NCBI GenBank assembly: GCA_038870975.1
Contig: JAVZJD010000002.1
Coordinates: 131,037-195,036 of the forward strand
Length of the DNA stretch: 64,000 nt
Source of the DNA: Candidatus Bathyarchaeia archaeon
GTDB taxonomy: Archaea > Thermoproteota > CALKCG01 > B24
Direction: 5' to 3'
Positions 37,462-46,966 of this stretch are shown piece after piece (position 1 is the first letter of the stretch; every line of letters begins with the position of its first letter). The notes under the pieces are model-generated. The model made no database searches and had not been told where the DNA came from. It saw only the letters and a list, made by a program, of their open reading frames with translations. The position numbers and the translations under genes are program-made.

Positions 37462-38823
37462 CTACCTGAGCATATATTCTTCATATTGTTTAACGTATTC
37501 CACTGATCTCTTGACGTCTGCGAACAGCTTTCTAACGACTTCTATATCCTCCTTGGTTACTACGTTCCTCTTCTCGGATTTTGCTTTCTCAGCCGCTGGG
37601 GATAGAAGTTGAACGGCGTATCTAAGTGATGTTTCAACACCGATTTTTGTTAGATGGTTTAAGGCATCCTCCATGATATTCACATCTTCTTCTCTGGCTC
37701 TAATCTTTAGAATCTCCATTATCTCCTCCTCGGTGTAAAGTCTTGTATTTATGATGAGCAGTCTATCTAAGAGGTCTAGAGGCATACCGTGTGGAGCCTG
37801 TAGATCAGTCCCTCTGACAGTAGTAATGCCTCTATTCGTAGCGAATATGACTATTGGTGCGAGTTCAGATTCTAAAACTGTACTTAGAAAGCTGAAAGCC
37901 TCTATATCAAGCATTGATACATCGTCTAGGAAGAAGACGCCCGGTATTATCTCAGCAGTACCATCTTCAACTCTCTGCTTAACGTATTCATCAACCCTCC
38001 TACGGATCTCGGGGTCTATCTCCTTAACCTCGCCTCCACCAAAAAGCAGTGAGAAGAACCCCCCTCTGGCTTGAGCCTGCATCTGGTCTAAATCGTGAAG
38101 TGTTACGACGTAGACGAACTCCTTCTCCTTCTCAACTGGACCTGAAGGTCTAGGTACTGGTTTTTCATCATAACCGGCAATCTCATACTTCTCAGCTACT
38201 TCTTCACTTCTACCGACTCGTATAACTTTACCAGTCTCAGCGTCTATTTGTACAACATCTCCAATTCTTATACCCTGATTAAGCATAGCTACCACTATGG
38301 AACTGCCTACGTTGAAACTTCTACTCTCACTCTTGGTGGTTAAAGTTATCCTAGCGGACTCTGGAACCTGCTGGTAGGGATTATAGGCATGCTTAGCTGT
38401 TCTAATGTCAAACTGGGTAAGTTCGCCTTCATACACCTTTCTAGTCTCGTGAAGTCTAACACCTATAGCCTTTCTAACGGCCTGCATTAGAACCTCAGTC
38501 TTCTTTAACTCACTAGAGTATATTTCAGAACCGCTTAAAGTTATGAAAGGTACATCCCTACCCAGTTCTCTGGCAATGGCGATAGCGATGGCTGTCTTAC
38601 CAGTCCCAGGGGGACCAGCCAGCAATACGGCTCTACCAGCCATCTTACCAGCCTTTATCATCCTTACAATTATACCCGCAGCCTCCCTCGCCTCAGTTTG
38701 ACCAACCATACCATCCGCTGCAAGTTTAGCCTTTAAATTTTCATCGAGACCCAACCCTTTGATATGACTATGAGCGCCCACTCTTGCAAAACCCCTAGGA
38801 GAGATAGGTGTTATAGAAGACAT
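37462..38823 (-). CDS. RuvB-like/TIP49 AAA+ ATPase (TBP-interacting protein 49 homolog)
   Basis: ...GRAVLLAGPPGTGKTAIAIAIARELG... Walker A, domain-II insertion, ...FLDDVSMLDIE... Walker B as in TIP49/RuvBL (453 aa). Confidence 0.8.
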   Translation of the reverse strand: MSSITPISPRGFARVGAHSHIKGLGLDENLKAKLAADGMVGQTEAREAAGIIVRMIKAGKMAGRAVLLAGPPGTGKTAIAIAIARELGRDVPFITLSGSEIYSSELKKTEVLMQAVRKAIGVRLHETRKVYEGELTQFDIRTAKHAYNPYQQVPESARITLTTKSESRSFNVGSSIVVAMLNQGIRIGDVVQIDAETGKVIRVGRSEEVAEKYEIAGYDEKPVPRPSGPVEKEKEFVYVVTLHDLDQMQAQARGGFFSLLFGGGEVKEIDPEIRRRVDEYVKQRVEDGTAEIIPGVFFLDDVSMLDIEAFSFLSTVLESELAPIVIFATNRGITTVRGTDLQAPHGMPLDLLDRLLIINTRLYTEEEIMEILKIRAREEDVNIMEDALNHLTKIGVETSLRYAVQLLSPAAEKAKSEKRNVVTKEDIEVVRKLFADVKRSVEYVKQYEEYMLR

Positions 38824-38921
38824 GGTCAGGAAAAATATCCATAGAATACGGAGATATAATTTTTACTGTAGAGTATTCGTACACTTAAGTCCATTAAAAT
38901 GGTAGCAGGGAAAAATTAGAA

Positions 38922-39692
38922 TCAGGTACATAGCCCTAGTCTACTACGTGCCTCCAGTATGAACTCTGCAACCTCCCATACGGGTGCAACCCATATCTTA
39001 TCTTCATTATCCTTTAGAAATTTTAAGAAACCAGTTAAATCATAGTCTGAAACCGGTAGATGTCCCTCATTAACACCGTGAAACGTATATATAGCCCATC
39101 CCCCTCCAAAGGAGGCTCTAATGGTTAATCCTATCATCTCCTCAAAACTCATCCTATGGACAGACCAAGACCAAAGCTCATGTAAATCACACGCTAGAGG
39201 TGAATTAGAGTAGCCGAGCTCCCCCCATCCTCTAGCTGCTAGGAAAATCTCTGCAACGATGGGTACGTAACTCCTCTTAGAGACTCCTCTTCCGACAGTT
39301 GTTTCAAAGCATGGATATGCAAACGTTCTACTACCGTTAGGTACGACTTCTTTAATCCTTCTATGAGCCTCCATTATATCCGCTCTTATGTCCTCAAGAG
39401 ACATTTTTTCCAAGCATTTAGCGGCTGTCCTTGCAAACTGGAAGTTGCAAGAGCATGGATGTGTGAGAGTATGATTACCTATCTCGTGGCCTCGGTCGGC
39501 AACCTCTCTCCAAGGCTTAAGCCATTCTTTATAGTCTCCAGTGGGATTTATGTAAAACGTGGCTTTAAAGCCGAATTTATCGAGAAGTGGTATGGCTAGA
39601 TTTAACTGAGAATGTAAGCCGTCATCAAACGTAAGTGAAACAGCTACCTTCTTCCCGTTAGGCCAATTGAAAGGCTCAGCCATATAGTTCAA
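38922..39692 (-). CDS. Polysaccharide deacetylase, carbohydrate esterase family 4
   Basis: ...VAVSLTFDDG... (TFDDG motif 1) and ...HEIGNHTLTHP... (motif 2). Confidence 0.7.
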   Translation of the reverse strand: MNYMAEPFNWPNGKKVAVSLTFDDGLHSQLNLAIPLLDKFGFKATFYINPTGDYKEWLKPWREVADRGHEIGNHTLTHPCSCNFQFARTAAKCLEKMSLEDIRADIMEAHRRIKEVVPNGSRTFAYPCFETTVGRGVSKRSYVPIVAEIFLAARGWGELGYSNSPLACDLHELWSWSVHRMSFEEMIGLTIRASFGGGWAIYTFHGVNEGHLPVSDYDLTGFLKFLKDNEDKIWVAPVWEVAEFILEARSRLGLCT

Positions 39693-40549
39693 CCTCCGAC
39701 CTTACAGTATTCTGTGAACAACTTGTTTAAACTCTCTGAATCGATAACACCTAAGTGAACCAACACCCTATACTTAAACCTCAGATAATCGCCTTTCCCA
39801 ACTGTCAAGGAGCCATCTAAGGACTTATCTTCTTCAAAATAGGATATGCCGAATGGGTTTGCCGTAAACAACCCGTAAGCTCTAACGTGCCAATACGTCG
39901 GATGTCTTAAATTACTAGGATGGTCAAAAACAGTTATGCCTACGGTTTTACCGTATACGGAGCCCGTGTAATCGCACCATTCAGACCTCTTACCCCAGCA
40001 TTCTTCCTCTCCAACACCTCCCCTAGAGTTTCGTATAGTTCCTCCAGTAATTCCTCTCATAGATGGAGCGACTCTTAGAGAGATTATTCCCCCCTCTTTC
40101 GTATCTCCTAACTTAACATCGCCGTAACTCGCCTTCAAGTCGACTTCTACATCTACAATCCTTAAGCCATTTGTAGTCTTCCTAAATGTAAACCTTCTAA
40201 AGACATCTACAACTGGGCTTCCAGTTTTAGCGATCCAAACTTCATCTGATTTAACAACCCCGTGATTCTCCGAATCCTCAATCGAAACCGCCTTAACGAC
40301 CTGTCTACCGCTTTCGGAGGTTTCAGTCCAAAAGTCTATACTATTGATGTCTCCATGCGCTGTCCACATAGACCTATGATGTACATGGTCTTCAGGCCCA
40401 TCCTCGGTTACACATAAACCGCCAGGTGCATTCAATGGGTAGAAGTAGGGTTTAAACTGTTTACGGTTATTGAAAAGATACTTGGACACTAGTTCACCAT
40501 TTTCATATACTTCGACAACATTCTCAATCTTCCTCAACTCAAAAGTCAT
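39689..40549 (-). CDS. DUF6807 (PmoA-like) family protein (tentative)
   Basis: ...EDGPEDHVHHRSMWTAHGDINSIDFW... resembles the DHxxH...W..HGD signature of PmoA-family proteins that co-occur with Gfo/Idh/MocA and xylose-isomerase-like genes. Confidence 0.4.
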   Translation of the reverse strand: MTFELRKIENVVEVYENGELVSKYLFNNRKQFKPYFYPLNAPGGLCVTEDGPEDHVHHRSMWTAHGDINSIDFWTETSESGRQVVKAVSIEDSENHGVVKSDEVWIAKTGSPVVDVFRRFTFRKTTNGLRIVDVEVDLKASYGDVKLGDTKEGGIISLRVAPSMRGITGGTIRNSRGGVGEEECWGKRSEWCDYTGSVYGKTVGITVFDHPSNLRHPTYWHVRAYGLFTANPFGISYFEEDKSLDGSLTVGKGDYLRFKYRVLVHLGVIDSESLNKLFTEYCKVGG

Positions 40550-40732
40550 AATAACCCCGTCAACTAAACTCTGGAAAGCCTCTTAAGAATTTCTAAACTC
40601 TGAAGGGTTGAAATATATTGTAAATGTTTAACATTGGTGTAATATTCAATATTTACACGTTGAGAATTCAACTTTAAGTATTAATCGTATTTACTTCGTC
40701 CTTATATTAGTGGTCTTTGAAGATACTATAGA

Positions 40733-41182
40733 CTAATTGCTGTTAACGTTTATACGGTAAAGCTCAAATAGAAGTTTAGCGCAAGCCTCGTAGTGTTTTC
40801 TAGCTTTTTCATAGGCTATTGGTGCATAGTCTTTAAAGTAATCTGCATCTAACCCCTTTTCATATCCATACCCAGCTAATCCTCTTAACTCTGCAAGCTC
40901 AGAGATATTAGTGGCAAGCTCATCTATTATTGAGAGAAACCACGTTGGGACATCCTCTACTTTGGAAATTCGCTTAAAGACTGCGCTTACATCGTGCTCT
41001 CTCGGGTATTCTATTCCAAGAGCTATTAAAACGGCTTTAGATACCTGTTCAACAGCCATTTGTGAAGAGTAAACTACGTCATCCCATCTTTCATCCTCTA
41101 AAGCTCTAGATGCGCCTTTTAACCATCTCTTGCCCCTTTTTAAAGCGGACGTAGCAAGGTCTATATTCGTAAGCCTATTCAA
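40733..41182 (-). CDS. HEPN-domain protein (second copy)
   Basis: ...AVEQVSKAVLIALGIEYPREHDVSAVF...; paralogous to 33352-33801. Confidence 0.65.
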   Translation of the reverse strand: MNRLTNIDLATSALKRGKRWLKGASRALEDERWDDVVYSSQMAVEQVSKAVLIALGIEYPREHDVSAVFKRISKVEDVPTWFLSIIDELATNISELAELRGLAGYGYEKGLDADYFKDYAPIAYEKARKHYEACAKLLFELYRINVNSN

Positions 41183-41936
41183 GCGCTATCACTTCTCCAG
41201 CTTTCAAATCCTTTAAAACCCAGTAGAATTTACGATTTGGTAGTGTAATCCTTACTGAACCCATATCCTCCAACTTCTTCCTCAGAGATTGAAGTAGTCC
41301 AGTTAAAAAATTGTCTTTATCGTAGAGGATTATTCCATCGATTACCGCGTCTAGGTATATTCTGTTAAACCTCTTAGCCTCTTTCAGGCTTAATGGAAAG
41401 TTTTGAATTATCGGCCAATAGCCAGCTCGTAATGCTTCTTGATACTCTAAACTTTCTTCGAGTTTTTCTTTCGCCTTCCTAAGCTCTCTAATTCTCTCCC
41501 AAACAGGCTCGCCATCCCAACCATCAGCTATCACAAGCATATCTATATCGCTGTTCATATCCCAATCCCCTCTTGCTATGGAACCGAAAAGCATGATGCT
41601 TACCAGTCTTTCCTTTAAAAGGTCGTTCAGTATCTCACAGTACCTTTTAATCAAGGGTGCGAAGTACATGTGTGGAATCTTCTCCACGTTCTCCACTTTA
41701 AACTCCGACGAATACAGAGTTTTGTTCAACTCTTCTAGAATCCTACACGTTTCAAGGCCTTTTTGAGTCAACCTGTACCCTAGATTAATGTTTTCCACCA
41801 ATTTAAGACGTTCAAGTTTCCTCAACTTGAATGAAAGAGTTCTAGGGTTTTTAATGACAGATTTAAGATCTTTGAATCTAGCCGTTCTCTTTACCTTCAG
41901 ATAAAGCAAAATCTTGAAAGAAGCTTCATCGAACAT
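41175..41936 (-). CDS. wHTH + minimal nucleotidyltransferase (MNT), second copy; overlaps HEPN gene
   Basis: ...IMLFGSIARGDWDMNSDIDMLVIADG...; paralogous to 32631-33374. Confidence 0.7.
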   Translation of the reverse strand: MFDEASFKILLYLKVKRTARFKDLKSVIKNPRTLSFKLRKLERLKLVENINLGYRLTQKGLETCRILEELNKTLYSSEFKVENVEKIPHMYFAPLIKRYCEILNDLLKERLVSIMLFGSIARGDWDMNSDIDMLVIADGWDGEPVWERIRELRKAKEKLEESLEYQEALRAGYWPIIQNFPLSLKEAKRFNRIYLDAVIDGIILYDKDNFLTGLLQSLRKKLEDMGSVRITLPNRKFYWVLKDLKAGEVIALE

Positions 41937-42134
41937 TCTAAATCTTAGATATAATTAAATACATTTAAAGTTTACTTATTTATACTACAATCTAGTTTAA
42001 TTCAGAATCCTAGTTCTTAAGCGATTTTCCACTTATGACATTCATCAAGGCTCTAAACGTACATCTGTGATGATTTTTTTCTGATAGATAACTACTATAG
42101 TTTTTAAGCACCTATTATAAACCCTCTGATAGGG

Positions 42135-42377
42135 ATGAGCAGAGCAGTATTAATAGGTATACTATTGGAGATGAGGGTTTTACTGAGTGAACCTGAGGTT
42201 GAAGAACTATATCGTGAACTCCTCACCTACTTTGGGCTTGTAGGCGCATTATATGAGTGTCAAGCCCTTGAATATGCGTGGAAAGACCCATACAATAGAC
42301 GTGAGATAGAAGGATTCATAAAAGAATGGCTTAGAAGGAGGCGGAGGCGGGAAGAAGCAATAGCTGGGGTCGTATAG
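42135..42377 (+). CDS. Small hypothetical protein (80 aa) with Arg-rich C-terminus
   Basis: ORF only. Confidence 0.3.
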   Translation: MSRAVLIGILLEMRVLLSEPEVEELYRELLTYFGLVGALYECQALEYAWKDPYNRREIEGFIKEWLRRRRRREEAIAGVV

Positions 42378-42397
42378 GTCGTAGAGATTTGACTAGG

Positions 42398-43243
42398 CTA
42401 CTCACATGTATACAAGTACTCTTTCGAGCTCTCGAAAAATTTTCTAAGAGTTTCTAGGCTTTTTCTAGCCACGTACTCAGGACTATCTTCATCCCTTAAA
42501 ACTTCAACTGAAACATACCTGCAGTATCCTACTTGCTTCAGAGCATCTGCAACCTCCCCATAATTTACAGAGCCGAAGCCAGGCCCTCCCTTATTATCGT
42601 CGTTTGCATGAAAATGCTTTAAATGTCTCGCACCGAGAAGTATCTGTTCTCTAATAGGTCTACTGGTTCCACTCATGAAGTAGACGTCGAGGATGAGTTT
42701 GAAATTCGGCTTAGCCAATTCATCTATAAGCTTTAAAGCCTCTTCAACGGTTGTTATGAAATTCGTAAGTTCGCTTCTAAGAGGTTCAATGCATAGGGTT
42801 ACATCGTAATCTGCTAGATATTCTACGCACTCTTTAAACGCTTCAACAGTCCATTCCCACGCTTCTTCATACGTTACATTTGGTAGAATCGTCCTTTGCC
42901 TAGGTGAGCCGAAGACCAAGACTTCCCCACCTAAGTCTCGACAGAAAACTCCAAGATGCTTCAAGTATTCGACAGTCTTCCGCCTCACATCTGGATTTGG
43001 ATGATTTATGTGAAGCCCCTCAGGTTTAACTAGAAGCCAATGAAGCCCGGCTATCTTCAAACCATGTTGAGTTGCGAGTCTTCTAATAGCTTCACGCTTA
43101 GATGGGGAGACCTCTCTAACATCATCGGTAATGGTGAAAGGCGCCAGTTCAACGGCGTGGTAACCCAGTTTACTAACGAAATTGAAAACCTCTGAGAGGC
43201 TCCAACCTTTAAAAAGTTCATTGCAAATTGAAAACTTCACCAA
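42398..43243 (-). CDS. Sugar phosphate isomerase/epimerase (xylose-isomerase-like TIM barrel)
   Basis: ...GYHAVELAPF... N-terminus, ...CIEPLRSE... and ...HFHANDDN... metal-site motifs of the AP-endonuclease-2/xylose-isomerase-like fold. Confidence 0.7.
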   Translation of the reverse strand: MVKFSICNELFKGWSLSEVFNFVSKLGYHAVELAPFTITDDVREVSPSKREAIRRLATQHGLKIAGLHWLLVKPEGLHINHPNPDVRRKTVEYLKHLGVFCRDLGGEVLVFGSPRQRTILPNVTYEEAWEWTVEAFKECVEYLADYDVTLCIEPLRSELTNFITTVEEALKLIDELAKPNFKLILDVYFMSGTSRPIREQILLGARHLKHFHANDDNKGGPGFGSVNYGEVADALKQVGYCRYVSVEVLRDEDSPEYVARKSLETLRKFFESSKEYLYTCE

Positions 43244-43296
43244 TAATAACCACCCAGTAATAGAGGTTAAAAAGAAGAAGGTAAAGCGTCTTCTAT

Positions 43297-44121
43297 CTAC
43301 ATCTGTAGGATTATGTCTAAAGCCGTTTTACAGTCTATGGCGGCTTTCAACGGGTCTCCCGGGTATGGTGAAACCTCCACGTTTAAAAAGTAGTCGTAGC
43401 CTATTTCTCTTAAAGCTTTCATAACGTTTTTCCATGGGACATTTCCCTCTAAGAGTGGTACAAACCTCCTCTCATTCAGTAGGAAGTCTTTAACGTGGAT
43501 GCATACTATATAACTGCCCAGTGTTTTAATCCAGTGGGTTGGATGCCCTAGAAACAGAATATTTCCAACGTCGAAGTACATTTTAACATATTCATGAGCT
43601 ATCTCATCGAGAAACCTCTTAAATTCTAAAGGACTATATAGAAACCTATTCCAGACGTTTTCAACACCTATGTAAACTCCAAAATCCTCCGCCGATGGAG
43701 CTGCTTCAAGTATAGACTTTTTAGATAGATTCCAAGCCTCTTCATACGGGACCTCAGGCATTGTGAAAGCTGGTACAACTAGTAAGCACTTAGCGTTGAA
43801 TTTGTTGGCCAGCTCGCAACCTTTCCTTATTAGTTCAACACCCTTCCGTCTTACAGATTCATCTGGACTTGCAAGGTTATATTTCCAGAATAAACCAGTA
43901 CATATACTTGGAATTTTAAGCCCTAGACTATCAGCCTCCTCTTTCACGCGTTTAACCTCGGCGTAGGTTATTTTAAAGACGTTTAATTCACCCTGCTCAT
44001 CCATGTTTAATTCAACGCCCTCATAGCCTATTTTAGCGGATTCTGTTAAAACTCTACTGATCGTAAAACCTTCAGGGTAAATCCACGCATTTACACCTCT
44101 TTTCAAAGACAACACCAGCAA
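43297..44121 (-). CDS. Sugar phosphate isomerase/epimerase (xylose-isomerase-like TIM barrel), second copy
   Basis: ...GYEGVELNMDE..., ...GVENVWN..., ...CIHVKD... pattern. Confidence 0.65.
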   Translation of the reverse strand: MLVLSLKRGVNAWIYPEGFTISRVLTESAKIGYEGVELNMDEQGELNVFKITYAEVKRVKEEADSLGLKIPSICTGLFWKYNLASPDESVRRKGVELIRKGCELANKFNAKCLLVVPAFTMPEVPYEEAWNLSKKSILEAAPSAEDFGVYIGVENVWNRFLYSPLEFKRFLDEIAHEYVKMYFDVGNILFLGHPTHWIKTLGSYIVCIHVKDFLLNERRFVPLLEGNVPWKNVMKALREIGYDYFLNVEVSPYPGDPLKAAIDCKTALDIILQM

Positions 44122-44165
44122 CTATAGAGCTGTAAACTCTATTAAATACTTAGTATATTTAATGG

Positions 44166-45575
44166 CTATTCTTTACGGTTTTCCCTAACAACAGCTTCAG
44201 CCCACCTTCCGTATTTTATCCATACCATCGAGACAACTCCTCCTACGATATTGCTCAGCGATATGGCTAACCATGCTCCGAAAGAGCCCATTCCTAGGTT
44301 GAAGGCTAGAAAGTAGCCTAAACCGATTCTTATCCCCCAGAGCCTCAACATCCCAACAACCGTCGGGAAAACAGTATGTCCCGAGCCTCTTCCAGTAGCC
44401 ATCGCAACTATGAATATTCCGAAGAATGGAAGTGTGAGCACTAGAGTTTGGAGGAAAAGGTCTGTTTCAGTTATTATACACGGGTCGTCTGCGAAAACGT
44501 CGGCTAGACTCCTCCTTAATGGGTAAACTACACACGCCCCTATTGCAGTAAGGGCGGCTATTAGAAGGGCAGACTTATAGGCGACTTCTTTAGCTCTTTC
44601 AACGTTTTCCGCTCCAAGATTCTGTCCAACCATTATACCAGTAGCTCCGCTCAATCCCCATAGGGCTGCATCCACTATATCCATTATTGTAAACCCTATA
44701 GCATAGGCGGTAGCTGCAACTATGCCTAGAAGGTTTACGATTCTCAATTGAAGGAGGAAGGCGAGGCTATTCATCAAGCCTAGTGCCAAAATGGGTAAGC
44801 CTATCCGTAAGACTAGATAGATCCATTTAATGTCAACATCTCTGGTAAAACCTACTTTAAGATCCGGGTATTCTCTCCGAGTGATACAGGCTAACGTCGT
44901 CGTCGATATTATCTTACCTATTACGTCTGTTAGAGAAGCTCCAATAACGCCTAACCTTGGAAAAGGTCCTAATCCTAAAACTAGTAGAGGGTCTAAAGCC
45001 GTGTTTACGCAAATGGCTATAGAATTTACTATGGCAGGCCTCCTAGTATCTCCGAGGCTCTGTAAAAGCGTTGTATAGGTTAAAGCCGTATAGTTGAAGA
45101 ATATGTCGAAGGCTATTACACCTGAATACTTCATCACATCTTCAAGTATCTCTGGAGGAGTAGAGATCATCTGCGTAAAAATAAATCCTCTAACGGTTAG
45201 AAGCGTGACGCTTAAAGCCATCCCGGAGAAGAATGCTAGAGTGAAGAATCTTGACGCTGAAACACTGGCATCCCTATAGTTTTTAGCTCCAATGTATTGG
45301 GAGACTATGCTTAAACATGCGGCTGTTAAAGCATTAATTAGAGCTTGAAACAGCATAATAACAGGCCACGCTTGTCTGGGTACTGCAACAGTGATCTCAC
45401 TGTAGAGGCTTAACCAGTAGGCGTCAGCTACATTATACGCAACTACTATAAGCTGGTTTAAAAGAGGGGGTGCTCCAAGCCAAAGTAGTGTACGAATGAT
45501 AGGCCCGTTAACAATTTTATCCCTATACTTGCCTATCTTATAAGTCTCCTGTGTATCGCTAGCTTCATCGGACAT
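44166..45575 (-). CDS. MATE-family efflux transporter
   Basis: 469 aa, 12 TM; ...LGAPPLLNQLIVVAYNVADAYWLS... N-terminal MATE signature. Confidence 0.75.
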   Translation of the reverse strand: MSDEASDTQETYKIGKYRDKIVNGPIIRTLLWLGAPPLLNQLIVVAYNVADAYWLSLYSEITVAVPRQAWPVIMLFQALINALTAACLSIVSQYIGAKNYRDASVSASRFFTLAFFSGMALSVTLLTVRGFIFTQMISTPPEILEDVMKYSGVIAFDIFFNYTALTYTTLLQSLGDTRRPAIVNSIAICVNTALDPLLVLGLGPFPRLGVIGASLTDVIGKIISTTTLACITRREYPDLKVGFTRDVDIKWIYLVLRIGLPILALGLMNSLAFLLQLRIVNLLGIVAATAYAIGFTIMDIVDAALWGLSGATGIMVGQNLGAENVERAKEVAYKSALLIAALTAIGACVVYPLRRSLADVFADDPCIITETDLFLQTLVLTLPFFGIFIVAMATGRGSGHTVFPTVVGMLRLWGIRIGLGYFLAFNLGMGSFGAWLAISLSNIVGGVVSMVWIKYGRWAEAVVRENRKE

Positions 45576-45704
45576 AGGCTATCTTTACTTAAACTAGCTT
45601 TATAAAAAACTATTGTTGCAGTCTTGAAATTAAACGATGAAAATGCTTTATGTTGAAAGGCGAGGACTTTATAAGGCGTTACACGTAATACTATTCTCGA
45701 AGTA

Positions 45705-46550
45705 TTGGTACGTATCGTTGTTTCAAAGCATGGCAGAGTGTATGATAATGAATTAGTTGAGATTCTAAGCATCATGCAGGAATGCTACGGTCGGCTTACG
45801 CCTCACGATGTTTCCCTTGTAGAGCTGCATATATTCGAGCGTTCATCATCCATAGAGGCGTTCCTTAAGATAGAAAGTGACGAACTCGGCGTTACGATTA
45901 CGCCGTTCACTGAATCGTTCTTTGCTATGCATGATGCGTGGAGGGGAATACCTAGGATCGCGATCTGCCTTGAGAAAATTAGAACACTACCAAGACCCGT
46001 TAGAATTGGAGGAATACGTCATGAAGTGGCTCACACGGTTTTACATGGAGGCTTAGAGTACTATGTGATTCCGACGCCGCCCGCCCTCTTGGAAATAGCC
46101 GACCAGTTTAATCTTTCCTCCGAATACACTAGGAATCTACTCTACTTGGTGTCAATCGCTGTGAAAGACTATGAAGTAACACGTCTCCTCTACAACCGGG
46201 GGTATGTTGAAGACCAAGTAGAATACGTAAAATTCCTACTGAAGGCTTCAGAAGAAGATGTGACTTCTTGGGGGCTTTCTAGGGGGAAGCCGTTGCTCGA
46301 AATCCTATGCTTAATATCGAGTTTGAAAACCGTGGGATGTGCCGCTCCTCTTTTAAACGATGTAAGATTCTGTAAGGAGATAAGGCAACTATTGGTGGAG
46401 AGTCTAAGCTACCTCCCTATAGAACTATCGGCTACGGTCTTGAAATTCGCTGAGGAGGAGTTTCCAAAACTAGGTATGGATACGTTTGAAAACATCAACA
46501 GCATAATATGTAGATGCAACCTTATCTTTGAGGCTGTCTTCCATAAATGA
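45705..46550 (+). CDS. Hypothetical protein with HExxH motif (possible zinc-dependent hydrolase)
   Basis: ...GGIRHEVAHTVLHGG... (HEVAH). Confidence 0.4.
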   Translation: MVRIVVSKHGRVYDNELVEILSIMQECYGRLTPHDVSLVELHIFERSSSIEAFLKIESDELGVTITPFTESFFAMHDAWRGIPRIAICLEKIRTLPRPVRIGGIRHEVAHTVLHGGLEYYVIPTPPALLEIADQFNLSSEYTRNLLYLVSIAVKDYEVTRLLYNRGYVEDQVEYVKFLLKASEEDVTSWGLSRGKPLLEILCLISSLKTVGCAAPLLNDVRFCKEIRQLLVESLSYLPIELSATVLKFAEEEFPKLGMDTFENINSIICRCNLIFEAVFHK

Positions 46551-46595
46551 GGTTGGAAAAAATGGGGAGAAGTATTTTGCCAATGAAAAGGCTTT

Positions 46596-46892
46596 TCATT
46601 CCATTAATTCATCAACTTCTTCTCTACCCTTCTCCAACTCTTCTACCTGCTCTTTATCCTTTCTCAACAGTAGAGTTTGAAATTCTCCGAAGTGCGTCTT
46701 CTCCTCTCTGGCTATGTCAAGGAGGATTCTTCTGAGGCCCTCATCTTCAGCTACGGCGGCTAACTGCTCGTATAGGTTTATTGCATCCAACTCGGCTATC
46801 ATTCCAATTCGCAGTATCTCCCTGTCCAGCTCCTCCCTCTTCAACCTTTTAAGATCTACAGGTATTTGAGATAACATATTTAACATCCCCAA
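46596..46892 (-). CDS. Ferritin-like four-helix-bundle protein (encapsulated-ferritin/rubrerythrin-like)
   Basis: 98 aa; ...AELDAINLYEQLA... and ...IAREEKTHFGEF... match ExxH-type ferritin-like metal-site motifs. Confidence 0.45.
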   Translation of the reverse strand: MGMLNMLSQIPVDLKRLKREELDREILRIGMIAELDAINLYEQLAAVAEDEGLRRILLDIAREEKTHFGEFQTLLLRKDKEQVEELEKGREEVDELME

Positions 46893-46966
46893 ACTTTATA
46901 ATACCAGTAGACGTCTTAATTGTTTTTGTTAAATGGCGGAATACGCATCATTGAGCAAATGCGGTT

